A DNA stretch of 64,000 nt from Candidatus Poribacteria bacterium (lineage in GTDB: Bacteria > Poribacteria > WGA-4E > JAJDTR01). The stretch spans positions 5,472,001-5,536,000 of the forward strand of contig CBDCTK010000002.1 of the NCBI GenBank assembly GCA_965222225.1, read 5' to 3'. The translations under genes and the position numbers were made by a program. Shown one piece after another: positions 1 to 10,876 of this stretch (its first letter is position 1; each line of letters opens with the position of its first letter). The notes under the pieces are model-generated. The model did not search any database. It was not told where the DNA came from and was given only the letters and a program-made list of their open reading frames with translations.

Positions 1-677
1 CTCTCAAGGCAAGCGCGCGCTTCCTTCTCGCACGCATCAAAGTGTTGGAGCAGCATCTTGGTGTCGGAGTGTTCAAACGCGTAACGGGAGTACTCCACTT
101 CGCTCTGGTGATGAACATCCCCATACTGAAGCTGATCGTTCCAGCGAATATTGAAGAAACTATCGACATCCTGCAGGTAAAGCGCAATGCGCTCTAGCCC
201 GTATGTGAGTTCGGCGCAAATTGGGTCTAGCTCAATACTTCCCATCTGTTGAAAGTAGGTAAACTGTGTAATTTCGGCGCCGTTCCACCAAACTTCCCAG
301 CCTAGACCCGAGGCTCCGAGCGTCGGCGATTCCCAATCATCTTCGACGAAACGCAAATCGTTCTTGCGTGGATCGACGCCCAGATGATGTAGACTTTCGA
401 GATAGAGTGGAAGCACATTTGTTGGCGCCGGCTTCAAGATGACCTGATACTGATAATGCGCTCCAAGCCGAAACGGATTTTCGCCATAACGTCCGTCCGT
501 AGGTCGTCGCACCGGTTCAACATAAGCGACCTGCCACGGTTCGGGGCCAAGACAACGCAGAAACGTTGCCGGATTGAATGTTCCGGCGCCGACCTCAATA
601 TCACAAGGTTGCTGGATAGTACAGCCGTAATCTGCCCAAAATTCCTCTAAGGCAAGTATAATTTCTTGAAAAGTCAT
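1..677 (-). CDS. glyQ: Glycine--tRNA ligase alpha subunit (3' part outside window)
   Basis: Not in the ORF track. Manual translation from ATG at 677 gives [71 protein letters not shown], the GlyQ signature. Confidence 0.96.
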   Translation of the reverse strand, partial: MTFQEIILALEEFWADYGCTIQQPCDIEVGAGTFNPATFLRCLGPEPWQVAYVEPVRRPTDGRYGENPFRLGAHYQYQVILKPAPTNVLPLYLESLHHLGVDPRKNDLRFVEDDWESPTLGASGLGWEVWWNGAEITQFTYFQQMGSIELDPICAELTYGLERIALYLQDVDSFFNIRWNDQLQYGDVHHQSEVEYSRYAFEHSDTKMLLQHFDACEKEARACLE

Positions 678-722
678 GATTTCAAAGACGAAATACGCAC
701 CGTCTTTTATGCTTCTTAGTGG

Positions 723-1472
723 CTAAATCAAATCTTCAATGAGTTCTAGGCTCTTTAGCGTGAGGTCGGTATGATAGGAAATGAATCTCGACAGCGCCAA
801 TTGAAGTTGACGATGGTTCAGTTTTGAAGCCTGAACGCGGTTGAGATAGGCTAAGTCACAATTTCTCAGGTACTTCATCAACTCACAACTGCCGCGCGCA
901 AGCTGCGGCGCGTTTGAATCGTCATGCGTGCAGTTGTCACAAAGCACACCACCGAGACGGGTACTAAACCTCAGAGTCGCACCCGAGGGCTGGGAAGCAC
1001 AGACAACACATTGAGACAGTTGGGGTGCAAAACCCGCTATGTCCAGCAATTTTAACTCAAACCCGCGAGCTAGTAGAGCAATATCATCAACCTGCGATAG
1101 CCCATCAAACCCATGTTGCAATAAACGGAAAACACCTTGGTTGGCGGGTTGCTCGGATTCTATTGCGTTAACCAATTCCGCGAGATAACAACCGTACGTA
1201 GTCCGATCGAAATCTGCCTTTATTCCATCATAGGCATCAATTAAGTCGAAATCCTGCACAATCCGCAAATCTTTATTGGGGCGCTCAGAGAAGACAAGAG
1301 TTCCGTAATTCAGGAGCTCCAAACTGCCCCCAAATCGGCTCCTAGGCCCTCTCACACCGTACGCTGCAGCTTGAACCTTTCCAAAGTCGGAAGTATAGAA
1401 TATGATAATTTTATGGTATTCGCCGAAAGGATATGATCGTATAACAATCGCATCTGTTTTTTTAATGGGCAT
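723..1472 (-). CDS. recO: DNA repair protein RecO
   Basis: N-terminal OB fold (AIVIRSYPFGE...GKVQAAAYGVR), CxxC...CxxC zinc finger, and position next to glyQ. Confidence 0.93.
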   Translation of the reverse strand: MPIKKTDAIVIRSYPFGEYHKIIIFYTSDFGKVQAAAYGVRGPRSRFGGSLELLNYGTLVFSERPNKDLRIVQDFDLIDAYDGIKADFDRTTYGCYLAELVNAIESEQPANQGVFRLLQHGFDGLSQVDDIALLARGFELKLLDIAGFAPQLSQCVVCASQPSGATLRFSTRLGGVLCDNCTHDDSNAPQLARGSCELMKYLRNCDLAYLNRVQASKLNHRQLQLALSRFISYHTDLTLKSLELIEDLI

Positions 1473-1559
1473 TTTTTACCCAACAATAAAATGGGACAAT
1501 GAGACGATGAAGTGATTTTATTATCAATTCACCTGTCCACTGTCCCATTAGACAACAAG

Positions 1560-1634
<75 letters not shown>

Positions 1635-1728
1635 CTGAGATACAAACCGTCTGCTACAAACTATGATTCTATCATACAAGCCATAATAGTGTCAAGAACC
1701 CTTTTATTCCAATGTTTCAACCGTTTGA

Positions 1729-3060
1729 TTACGGCTCAGACGTAGATTCCTCTTGCAAGGAAGCACTATCTTTGATTACTGGAGTTTGGATTGTCAGTCT
1801 ATGAATTCGACGTTCATCCGACTCCAAAATGGTGAAATCCATGCCCTGATAGGAAAAATGGCTTCCCATCTCTGGAACCCGACCAAGGAAATCGACGACA
1901 AATCCACCAATTGTGTCTACATTTTCCGCTTCGAGTTCAATTTTGAGTTGCTCGTTAAGGTCGTCAATATTCATGCGAGCGTTAACTGAGTAAGTATTCG
2001 CACTCAACAAGATACACTCTTCCTGTTCATCGGAGTCATACTCATCTTGGATTTCGCCGACGATTTCTTCAACAATGTCCTCAAGCGTAACAAGCCCGGC
2101 TGTTCCTCCGTACTCATCAACAACCAATGCCATCTGCTGTTTGTTTGCTCGTAGATCCTGAAATAAATCTGAAATTTTTTTACTCTCTGGCGTAAAGAAG
2201 GGTGTCCTCTCGGAAATGAGTTCTCTTAAGTCTATCGGCTTTCCCTCTTCCCAATAATCCAACATGTCTTTAACGTGGAGGACGCCTATAATTCGATCGG
2301 CTGTCTCCTCGTACACCGGAATACGTGAGTGCCTCGACTCGATAGCCGTTCGTAGAACTTCCTCCTTGGGCGTCGAAACTTCAAGGCAAACCATGTCTGT
2401 ACGAGCGTTCATAATCTCGCGTGCGACCTTATCCGGCAGATCCAAGATACGTGAAATCATTTCCCGTTCTTCTGCTTCCAAAATCTCTTGACTGTCCCCT
2501 ACATTGTCTAACGCCTCTATCACTTCGGGTGAAACAACGCTGTCCTCCTGTGGGTGAACCTTTCCCCCAAGAATTCGTACCCCAACATTTCCGAGCAGAA
2601 TCAATGGTGTGACAACAACATATAACACCCAATAAATCACGCGCAAGAAACGCAGCGTGTGGATTGTTGAGTTTTCGGGACTCCCTTGGATATAGTTTTT
2701 GGGGATAAGTTCGGTAACGACAACGACAAGGACAGTCGCTACACAACCGACAACCACGTGGCTTCGCAGATTGTCAAAGCTGAACAGCGACACAAGCAAC
2801 AGGACAAGCGTCACAACTAAAATACTCTTGGCGGTAATTATCGTCGCGGAATATCGCCGTGGCTTACGCAGCAGCGAGGTCAGAGTTTCATAACCGGTGC
2901 CACCCGTTTCCGCTATGTTCAGTATGTCTTCGCGGCTCAACCGGTTTAATAACGCCTCGGCAGCCGAAAAGAGCGCCGTAAGCATTGATAAAATGACCAA
3001 GCAAATTAACTTTACTATATCGTCGTTCAAGCGTGGAATTACACCTCCACTTTTTGACAT
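1729..3060 (-). CDS. HlyC/CorC (CNNM/DUF21 + CBS + CorC_HlyC) hemolysin-family transporter
   Basis: FSAAEA DUF21 start, HSRIPVY and VDEYGGTAGLVTLEDIVEEIVGEIQDEYD motifs, C-terminal DTIGG. Confidence 0.93.
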   Translation of the reverse strand: MSKSGGVIPRLNDDIVKLICLVILSMLTALFSAAEALLNRLSREDILNIAETGGTGYETLTSLLRKPRRYSATIITAKSILVVTLVLLLVSLFSFDNLRSHVVVGCVATVLVVVVTELIPKNYIQGSPENSTIHTLRFLRVIYWVLYVVVTPLILLGNVGVRILGGKVHPQEDSVVSPEVIEALDNVGDSQEILEAEEREMISRILDLPDKVAREIMNARTDMVCLEVSTPKEEVLRTAIESRHSRIPVYEETADRIIGVLHVKDMLDYWEEGKPIDLRELISERTPFFTPESKKISDLFQDLRANKQQMALVVDEYGGTAGLVTLEDIVEEIVGEIQDEYDSDEQEECILLSANTYSVNARMNIDDLNEQLKIELEAENVDTIGGFVVDFLGRVPEMGSHFSYQGMDFTILESDERRIHRLTIQTPVIKDSASLQEESTSEP

Positions 3061-3089
3061 CAGTCAGAGAAACTGCTACGCCAGAGTCT

Positions 3090-3515
3090 TTAAAGTAGGC
3101 GAAGAATCGCTTCCTGTTTCTCAAACATGATGGTAGCATCCGCGGGGATGTGGTGGTCGTAACCTAGAAGGTGAAGGACGCCATGTACGGTGAGCGTGGC
3201 AATTTCAACATCAAGCGAATGATTATGCGCGTGAGCTTGTCGTTGCGCCGTGGGAACCGATATAACGACATCGCCTAGAAGGGGCGAATTCATCGATTCA
3301 GTCCCATCTTCATGCATGGCAAAGGCAAGCACGTCTGTTGGAGTGTCAATGTTCCGATATTGGCGGTTGAGAGACTGAATTGCGCTGTCATTTGTCAGTA
3401 GAATGCTTATTTCAAAGGCCTCCGAATCATGCATTCTCAATGTTGCCAATACCGCCTGCTGAATAACGCATTCATTGAAGTTGGTATCTTGGGAATCGTT
3501 TCGGACAAAAACCAT
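3090..3515 (-). CDS. ybeY: rRNA maturation endoribonuclease YbeY
   Basis: LNRQYR..DTPTDVLAF, LLGDVVIS and HGVLHLLGYDH motifs. Confidence 0.96.
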   Translation of the reverse strand: MVFVRNDSQDTNFNECVIQQAVLATLRMHDSEAFEISILLTNDSAIQSLNRQYRNIDTPTDVLAFAMHEDGTESMNSPLLGDVVISVPTAQRQAHAHNHSLDVEIATLTVHGVLHLLGYDHHIPADATIMFEKQEAILRLL

Positions 3516-3573
3516 TGAAACACCTGTGTCACCTGTCCTGTACGTACGAGCTAATTACAGGAGTTTACTTTGC

Positions 3574-4563
3574 TCAAGGATTCATTGATGCATCCGCCTC
3601 CTGTTTGCCACGATCTTCATAAGCTTCAACAATCCGTTGGACCAATTCATGGCGAACAACATCAGTTCTGGAGAAATAAACAAATCCAATTCCCGAAATC
3701 CCGGATAGAACAGCTTGTGCATCGGCAAGTCCCGACACTTTGCCCGTGGGTAAATCCGTCTGCGTAATATCTCCCGTAACTACAGCCTTGGAGTCGAATC
3801 CGAGCCGCGTCAAGAACATCTTCATCTGTTCAATCGTGGCATTTTGGGCTTCATCAAGAACAACAAACGAGTTATTGAGAGTCCTTCCCCGCATAAAGGC
3901 AATCGGCGCAACCTCAATGATGTTACGTTCAACATAACGTTCCAGTGTTTCAGGAGACATCATGTCGTATAACGCATCATATAAAGGTCGAAGGTACGGA
4001 TCGACTTTGGCTGTAATATCACCCGGTAAGAAGCCCAGCCTTTCACCCGCTTCAACAGCTGGGCGCGTCAAGATAATTCGGCTCACTAATCCACGTTTCA
4101 GCGCTGCGACAGCCATCGCCATGGCAAGGTAAGTCTTACCGGTACCTGCTGGACCAATGCCGAACACAAGGTCGTGTGTCTTTATCGCTTCTACGTAGTG
4201 TTTTTGTCCTGAAGTCTTCGGGTGTATAACCCCGCGCTTAGAGAGCACGGGAATCGACTCGCCAACGGTTTCTGCAAGTTGATTCGTGTCGCCACGCTTC
4301 GCGACTTGAACCGCATACTTCACGTCATCAAGACCAATCTCATGTCCTGTACGCATCTGGTAAAGCAGCGATTCCAACACCTTTGCCCCCCGACCAATCT
4401 GATCGGCGCTGCCGCCGATTAGTTCAATCCCGTCACTTTTCAGGAGCACGTTGACATCAAGGCTGTTCTCAAGCACCTTCAGAAACGTATCTTCTTGGCC
4501 AAAGAGAAGTTGTGCTTCCGTATTGCTCTCCACGGGTATTTTCAGCGATTCTCGGTTCTCCAA
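3574..4563 (-). CDS. phoH: PhoH-family ATPase
   Basis: GPAGTGKTYLA Walker A, RPAVEAGERLGFLPGD, MRGRTL and LDEAQN motifs; phoH-ybeY-corC synteny. Confidence 0.95.
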   Translation of the reverse strand: MENRESLKIPVESNTEAQLLFGQEDTFLKVLENSLDVNVLLKSDGIELIGGSADQIGRGAKVLESLLYQMRTGHEIGLDDVKYAVQVAKRGDTNQLAETVGESIPVLSKRGVIHPKTSGQKHYVEAIKTHDLVFGIGPAGTGKTYLAMAMAVAALKRGLVSRIILTRPAVEAGERLGFLPGDITAKVDPYLRPLYDALYDMMSPETLERYVERNIIEVAPIAFMRGRTLNNSFVVLDEAQNATIEQMKMFLTRLGFDSKAVVTGDITQTDLPTGKVSGLADAQAVLSGISGIGFVYFSRTDVVRHELVQRIVEAYEDRGKQEADASMNP

Positions 4564-4685
4564 TACGCAACTAACCTCCCATTCAGGATGATATTATTCT
4601 ATAACAACGACCAATAGAATGCAAGTGCAAATACAGGGCAACCCTTAACCGGTACATCCTTGGTTTCTGTAGTGGGAAGTATTCA

Positions 4686-5732
4686 TCATATTTGCGGCGC
4701 GTCCACACCAAGCTCCTTCGCCTTCTCGACAAGCGCATTCCATGTTGGTTCTTCAATCGGGATGCCTTCCCTTGTGCGTTTTTCGAGGTTGTGTTCTTCG
4801 AACTCCCCCGGTACATAAATCTCATCGACCCCTGGGAGCCTTGCCGACGATTTCACCCATTCAATCATATACTCAATCTCTTGTAGGTAAACGTCAAGAT
4901 TAATGAAATCGTCAATCTTGATGGCAATCATAACAATCCCGCTGCCTCCCCGTGTTGGAGCCTCGCGAGTACACCCGGCCCAGGACAACCCCCCGGCAAT
5001 GGCGTCTACCATGAACCCTAAGCCAAAACCCTTATGCCCAAACTGAAACCCTCCGAGCGGCATCACGGCCGTGTCATCCATCCGTTCTAAGAAGTCATTC
5101 GGATCGGTGACCGGTTTTCCATCCGAATCAATCATCCAACCCTCGGGCATCTCTTCGCCGCGAGCGGCTTTGACTAACATTTTGCCACCGGCAATAACAC
5201 TAAGTGTCATATCGAGCAACAATGGCTCACCGTCCTTGCGTGGCACCGAAATTGCTACCGGATTGGGAGGAAGACGGCGTGAAGTGCCGCCAAAGGGGTG
5301 CATGAACCGTCCGCCGCCGTTAAGAAGCACAATGCCAATCATCCCCGATCGTGCTGCTATCGGAGGGTACTCTCCCATCCGTCCGGCGTGTCCACTTTGG
5401 TGAAGGCCAACGACGCCAACGGTGTGTGTCTCGGCTTTTTGAACGGTCAACTCCATCGCTTTGCGTGCAGCGACCATACCCAAAGCCCGGTGGGCATCAA
5501 TCACGGCACTAGTTGCGGTTTCGCGAATAATCTCCAATTTGTCGGCCGATGGCCCACCTTTCATGGCGCCTATATAATTCAACGCGTTGATAACGCCGTG
5601 CGAATCGTGTCCAACGAGATTAGAGTCTACGACGTGGTCGCTAACAATTCGGGCGTCTTCATCAACGCCACCACCCGCTCGATAGACGTTATAAATGAAT
5701 TCTCTGAGTACCGCGTGATTGAGCGTCGGCAT
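4686..5732 (-). CDS. Ldh_2-family (malate/L-lactate/L-sulfolactate-type) oxidoreductase
   Basis: GHDSHG, HAGRMGEY, GHKGFGL and YVPGE motifs. Start moved to MPTLNH (5732), which follows an AAGGAGG RBS. Confidence 0.88.
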   Translation of the reverse strand: MPTLNHAVLREFIYNVYRAGGGVDEDARIVSDHVVDSNLVGHDSHGVINALNYIGAMKGGPSADKLEIIRETATSAVIDAHRALGMVAARKAMELTVQKAETHTVGVVGLHQSGHAGRMGEYPPIAARSGMIGIVLLNGGGRFMHPFGGTSRRLPPNPVAISVPRKDGEPLLLDMTLSVIAGGKMLVKAARGEEMPEGWMIDSDGKPVTDPNDFLERMDDTAVMPLGGFQFGHKGFGLGFMVDAIAGGLSWAGCTREAPTRGGSGIVMIAIKIDDFINLDVYLQEIEYMIEWVKSSARLPGVDEIYVPGEFEEHNLEKRTREGIPIEEPTWNALVEKAKELGVDAPQI

Positions 5733-5944
5733 CAAGCCCTCCTTGCGAATACGCATATATCGAATCTGGGCTGTTTGCGACCACAGGTTCGTTCTGTTTC
5801 TCGGGACAGTTATTGTGGCAGGGTTTGCCTTCAAAGTCAAGTGGAATCTCGTTTCACTAGAACAGGCTTGACGCTTACCGATTGACTTGCTATCATCTCG
5901 CCTCAAAGGCGCGCAATAACTTACGTCAAGACAAGGTATTACCT

Positions 5945-6724
5945 ATGCTGGTTGATTCCCACGCCCACATTCAACTTGATAATTACCTTACGGACCGAGA
6001 TGCCGTGTTAGTACGGGCACGTAAAGCTGGGGTGCACGCCATTCTTGTCATTGGGTTCGACCTACAAACCAGTCGAAATGCAATCGCCCTTGCCGAAGCG
6101 TACGAGGGTCTCTACGCGACTGTCGGCATGCACCCGCACGACGCTAGAGGTTTTGACATTACGACACTCGAAATCTTCCGCGAACTTGCATCGCACGCGA
6201 AAGTAATCGCGCTTGGCGAGATGGGGCTTGATTACTATCGCAACTTATCGCCGATATCTCTTCAAAAAATTGCATTCGAGCAGCAGCTAGATTTGGCGGA
6301 GGAATTGAGTCTGCCCGTCGTCATCCACAATCGCGAGGCGTATCACGATATTCTTCCAATGCTGCAGGCGCGGGGTAATCGAATTCGCGGTGTGATGCAT
6401 TGCTTTTCGGGAGATGTGGGTGTAATGCGTCAAACCTTAGATCTCGGTTTTTACATTGGGATTGGGGGGCCCATAACCTATCGCAAAACTGAGGATTTGC
6501 AAGCCGTAGCAAGAGAGGTCCCAGTAGATCATCTACTCGTAGAAACCGATTGCCCTTGGCTCGCACCGCAATTTCGGCGTGGCAAACGCAACGAGCCTGC
6601 ATACGTCCGGTCAACCGCAGAAAAAATCGCGGAATTGCGCGATGTTTCGCTTGACGAAATTGCGGAGATTACGACGCACAACTTCGAGAGACTGTTTCGT
6701 GTGAAGAACACAACACATTTGTGA
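5945..6724 (+). CDS. TatD-family metal-dependent DNase
   Basis: DSHAH, GMHPH, GEMGLDYY, HCFSG, ETDCPWLAP and RGKRNEP motifs; start at MLVDSH. Confidence 0.94.
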   Translation: MLVDSHAHIQLDNYLTDRDAVLVRARKAGVHAILVIGFDLQTSRNAIALAEAYEGLYATVGMHPHDARGFDITTLEIFRELASHAKVIALGEMGLDYYRNLSPISLQKIAFEQQLDLAEELSLPVVIHNREAYHDILPMLQARGNRIRGVMHCFSGDVGVMRQTLDLGFYIGIGGPITYRKTEDLQAVAREVPVDHLLVETDCPWLAPQFRRGKRNEPAYVRSTAEKIAELRDVSLDEIAEITTHNFERLFRVKNTTHL

Positions 6725-6933
6725 ACACTACCCTAACCCTTAGACAAAGCTGAAAGAAATTTGATATGAAAACCTGACCAATGCGGCCTGCTTTAGACGT
6801 CCGAAATCATTGGGAATATAACCCTCTTTTTCTCAGATTTGCTGAGCTTTGTTTTCGCCCAGATGATGGCTAATCAAGTGACTGAATAGAGAACAATCAA
6901 ACGAGTGGACAGTGGGTGATTAAGGAAGCGGAT

Positions 6934-6992
6934 AGCGAACGTGAAACAAAAACTCGGTTTCTCTGTTATAGGTAGCAACTTGCGTTATTTAA
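6934..6992 (-). repeat. Dispersed ~60 bp repeat; second copy at 28303-28362
   Basis: Reverse complement TTAAATAACGCAAGTTGCTACCTATAACAGAGAAACCGAGTTTTTGTTTCACGTTCGCT aligns with TTAACATAACACAGGTTGCGGCCTATAACAAAGAAACCGAGTTTTTGGTTCGCGTTCGCT. Confidence 0.8.
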
Positions 6993-7823
6993 CTGTCTAG
7001 TTTTTGGGAAATTACAAAGAGATAGGTCTTATTCCTCACGGTCATCGGCTTAAACGCTTAAACCTTAAACGAAGAGAGTTACGTAGTCGTCTGAAACCGT
7101 GGAACGAGATGCCATGCAAAGATTCCAGAGTTGACGTGAGGATATTGTTAGTTTGGGTATCTACCTAGTTTTAGCCTCCCGAAGTGTTAACCCTTGTGCG
7201 GAAAATAGAATATGGCGCGTCCGAACGTCTGCGCCATCACTAACTTTCTGAAACAATCTTTTGCATTAAATCGTTAAATTTCCTGGAAATCAACCTTAGG
7301 GTTGTCGGTCAAACCTGAATAGAACACGATATTGGCCGTGCGTGCTCTCGAATCTGGATTGTCAAGTTTCATTGATTAGCTTGACTGGTAGAAGCTGGAT
7401 GCCTGAGAGATTTCTATACCGGCGGTGTTAATTTGATGCGCGGGTTATATAGTCATTACAACTAAGAATTACACATATAGGATTTATGTAGAGCGGCTTG
7501 TAGTAGCGCAATTTATTGCGCGTCTTATATAGGAGTGAGTTTTACTAGCGACAGGCGGCCGTGATCGGGAGATCGATCCTACAGTAGGTTTGTCGTAACA
7601 ATCTTCAACAATCAAGTCGCTAATTTGCCTTCTTAATATGTGTAAATATGAATGAAAATGACTATATAACAAATCCTGCGAATCCTATAGACACAGAAAA
7701 GACACATGTGATTCACAATTATGTTACATTGTCGTATAAGACTAATATGTGAAGCCATACAAAGAAGGTCCAATTTAGAAAAACCGTCTGAATATTACAA
7801 TTTATGCAGAGGATTGGAAGAAA

Positions 7824-8111
7824 ATGGTACCATATTTGATTCAATTTTGTTACGCCGCTAATCCCTTAGCTGGACTCACCCCCGCGGCACTTCGCCTTTA
7901 TAGCGCATTAGAGGTTTTCAAAAATGCCGAGACTAGTGATAGCGTTGAGGATGATAACCAAGAGTGGTTCCGTGCTCCACGGCGGGACAAATACCTAACG
8001 ACAACCGGTTTCTCTAAAGCGGAGATTGACAAAGGACTTGATGAACTGCTAAAAGCCGGAGTGCTGGAGATTCGAAATAAACGCAGAACCCTGTGGTATC
8101 ACTTCAAGTAA
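7824..8111 (+). CDS. Small protein, probable winged helix-turn-helix
   Basis: LTPAALRLYSAL...GFSKAEIDKGLDELLKAGVLEI...WY pattern resembles a wHTH; purine-rich RBS upstream; 19 bp from maf. Confidence 0.55.
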   Translation: MVPYLIQFCYAANPLAGLTPAALRLYSALEVFKNAETSDSVEDDNQEWFRAPRRDKYLTTTGFSKAEIDKGLDELLKAGVLEIRNKRRTLWYHFK

Positions 8112-8130
8112 CACAAGCGCGGCAGACGGC

Positions 8131-8727
8131 ATGATGAAATTGCAGTTAGCTGAACGGTTTTCTAGCATCATTCTAGCCTCCGCATCTCCTAGGCGAGCCG
8201 AGTTGCTAAAACAGATTGGACTTGATTTTCAGGTTTGTCCAAGCGATTTAGCGGAAACAATGGTAACGCAGACCTCACCCTCGGCGGTAGTTGAAGAACT
8301 CGCGCTGATGAAGGCCCAAACTGTTGGCCGGCGTTTCAATTGTGGACTCATCATTGGTGCGGACACAGTCGTCGTAATCAACCAACAGATTATTGGAAAA
8401 CCGGAAAATAATCGCCATGCTATAGAGATTCTGAGCCAACTAAGTGGAAATCGCCATAAAGTTGTTACGGGTGTTTCCCTTCTTGACCTTGACAGGGAGC
8501 AGGAAATCGTATGGTCTGAGAAGACTCTAGTCTACTTCAGAAAACTGCGCGAGTCGGAAATTCTAGAATATGTTAGTAGCCATGACGTGTCAGACATGGC
8601 GGGAGGATATGGAATCCAAGAGAAGGCGGCAGCGTTTGTATCACGAGTTGAAGGCTGTTATTTCAACGTGGTTGGACTTCCGTTGGCAAGTTTGGCGGAG
8701 AAACTTTGGGAACTTACGGAGAACTGA
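8131..8727 (+). CDS. maf: Maf-family nucleoside triphosphate pyrophosphatase
   Basis: ILASASPRRAELL, IGADTVV, GKP, LSGNRHKVVTG, AGGYGIQ and NVVGLP motifs. Confidence 0.93.
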   Translation: MMKLQLAERFSSIILASASPRRAELLKQIGLDFQVCPSDLAETMVTQTSPSAVVEELALMKAQTVGRRFNCGLIIGADTVVVINQQIIGKPENNRHAIEILSQLSGNRHKVVTGVSLLDLDREQEIVWSEKTLVYFRKLRESEILEYVSSHDVSDMAGGYGIQEKAAAFVSRVEGCYFNVVGLPLASLAEKLWELTEN

Positions 8728-8761
8728 AAGAAGCTGCAATCAGATTTCTTGTTGAATGTGC

Positions 8762-10732
8762 TTAACGAAAATCGGCGTGAACCTCCGTAGGAGTTTGGTT
8801 TTTGCGTGCTGCGAACCAGTTGCTATAAACGTTGTTCTTTTTCGATTGAAGAACGGTGCGTCGGAGTTTGACCTTATCGTCCGGGGAAGTTTTGAACTTT
8901 TCAATATCCGCTTCCTCGTGATCCACTAATTGAACCAGATAAAAAGCCCTATCTCCCTCGAATGGCCCACCAACGGCATTCAGCTCTAGATTAAAGGCGG
9001 CGAGCATGGCATCACGACAGCTACCCATCCCCGGAACATAGCTGGTTGTTGGTGAGAGCGAGAAACTGTCGCTTTCCTTAACCTCTCGATTTTCTAAAGA
9101 CACGCCATCTGCTGGAACATATTTCTCAACGAGTTTCTCAAGCGACCCGCCATCGCTACGTTGGTTGAGCAGTTGTTGTGCATCTTCCAAAGCCATCTGC
9201 TTCGCGCGTTCCTTTCGGAAGCCCTCAACGACTTCGGCTTTTACGGATTCAAAATCAGGGATACCCGCTGGCTTCTTTTCCAATACCGTTGCAACGAAAT
9301 AAGCTGCAATCTCATCACTCCAGTTTTTCGTTTCAATGACACGGCTTACACCCACCTCGACATCAAAAACTTCGTCTATTAGACCGCGATAGCTGCCTTT
9401 TGTTCCTATTGTCGGAATGTTATTTTCATCTCGCGTGAAAAGCCCGGTCTCCTTCACAATGAAACCCAGTTCTTTATACTGATCCTGTTTGACTGCCTCC
9501 TGATAGTCGAAGATTTCGACATCAAAAATTAGTTCCTCTGCTACTCCCTTCGCTTTAGCAACTCCATCAATTTGCACGAGTTTTTTCCGAACGTCCAGCT
9601 TTGCTTGGCTAAACGGTTGTGTCTCTTCGGAACGCTTCTCCTCAAGCTTAATAATATGGTAACCGAATTGTGTTTCGATAAGGTCACTTATTTGACCTAC
9701 GGCTAGGTCGTCGAAACAAGCCTTTTCAAAAGCGGGGACCATATCGCCCCGAGCAAAGAAATCCCCCGTCGGCGGCAACTTTGGATGCCGTCCGCGGAGT
9801 GCACCGCCGTCAGTTGCTGAAGGACCTTCGGAATATTCTCTCGCTAGTTCGGCAAAGTCTGCGCCGTCAGAAATCTCGTTTTTTACCTTTTCAAGCAACT
9901 CTTCCGCTGCGGTCTTTACCTCTGTTTTCTGTTCATCGGTAGCGTCAGTTGGGTATTTTTTTAAGATATGACGCGCCTTTACAATCTCCGGGATTGTGAA
10001 TTCGCCGATATGTGTTTCATAGTAGGTCCTAACCTCTTCCTCTGATACGAACTCTTTCGGATCTATTTTGACATACATCAACTTTACTCGATCTTCGGTC
10101 TTATATTTTTCTTTGTTGTCCTCGAAATACGCTTGTACCTTAGCGTCGTCAATCTTCACTGCATTTCGGTATTCACGATTCTGAAATTCGATAAACTTTA
10201 ATTGTGCTTTATCGTTCTGGCGCCGGTATTCATTTTCTAATTCATTGTCTGTGACCAACTCGAGCCCCTCAATATCGTTCCTAAGATTTTCAAGGCTCAT
10301 CTGTAGGCGAAGGCTCTGACGGTAAACACCACTAAATCCTTGTGCGTGCAGAAGGTTATAGTTTGTTAACAAAGTGGGATCGCTGCGTACATAGCGATCG
10401 ATTTCCGCGTCGGTAACTTGTGTGCTGCTAAGCCATACCTGCTCCTGAACCAATTGATTAACAATATCCTTTTCGATCTGTTTACGGTCAATCGATCTGT
10501 TACCTTGGCTCTGTTGACGACGCCTCTGCACTTCTTGGTTAACTAGTGTCTCGAAACGACCGCGTCCTACCTCTGTCCCACCAATCTTGGCGACAATTTC
10601 CTCGTCTCTCTCCGAGCTTATCTGTCTACCTCCAGTGATATCAAAGAGCAAAACGGTACCAATGATGAAGACAAATCCAACAACCGCCATAAAAATCTTC
10701 GCAATAAATTTCTCCCTGAGAAAAACTATCAT
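8762..10732 (-). CDS. SurA-N/PpiD-like periplasmic chaperone with parvulin PPIase domain
   Basis: N-terminal TM anchor, KARHIL, FAELAREYSE, GDMVPAFEKA and ETQFGYHIIK motifs. Confidence 0.9.
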   Translation of the reverse strand: MIVFLREKFIAKIFMAVVGFVFIIGTVLLFDITGGRQISSERDEEIVAKIGGTEVGRGRFETLVNQEVQRRRQQSQGNRSIDRKQIEKDIVNQLVQEQVWLSSTQVTDAEIDRYVRSDPTLLTNYNLLHAQGFSGVYRQSLRLQMSLENLRNDIEGLELVTDNELENEYRRQNDKAQLKFIEFQNREYRNAVKIDDAKVQAYFEDNKEKYKTEDRVKLMYVKIDPKEFVSEEEVRTYYETHIGEFTIPEIVKARHILKKYPTDATDEQKTEVKTAAEELLEKVKNEISDGADFAELAREYSEGPSATDGGALRGRHPKLPPTGDFFARGDMVPAFEKACFDDLAVGQISDLIETQFGYHIIKLEEKRSEETQPFSQAKLDVRKKLVQIDGVAKAKGVAEELIFDVEIFDYQEAVKQDQYKELGFIVKETGLFTRDENNIPTIGTKGSYRGLIDEVFDVEVGVSRVIETKNWSDEIAAYFVATVLEKKPAGIPDFESVKAEVVEGFRKERAKQMALEDAQQLLNQRSDGGSLEKLVEKYVPADGVSLENREVKESDSFSLSPTTSYVPGMGSCRDAMLAAFNLELNAVGGPFEGDRAFYLVQLVDHEEADIEKFKTSPDDKVKLRRTVLQSKKNNVYSNWFAARKNQTPTEVHADFR

Positions 10733-10876
10733 AGAAACATTTCTCCTTATTATGTGTACCTAGTCGTGGTTTGCAACATGAACCTTTCGGTTAAACCTTT
10801 TTGCATTAGGCAATACCATATGTCACTTGAACTAGTCTAACTCGCTAACTCCAGTTGGGCGATGACGGACGCCTCC

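Noticed and set aside
6725-7823. Replication origin
   Set aside because: No DnaA-box cluster seen and no dnaA, dnaN or gidA context.
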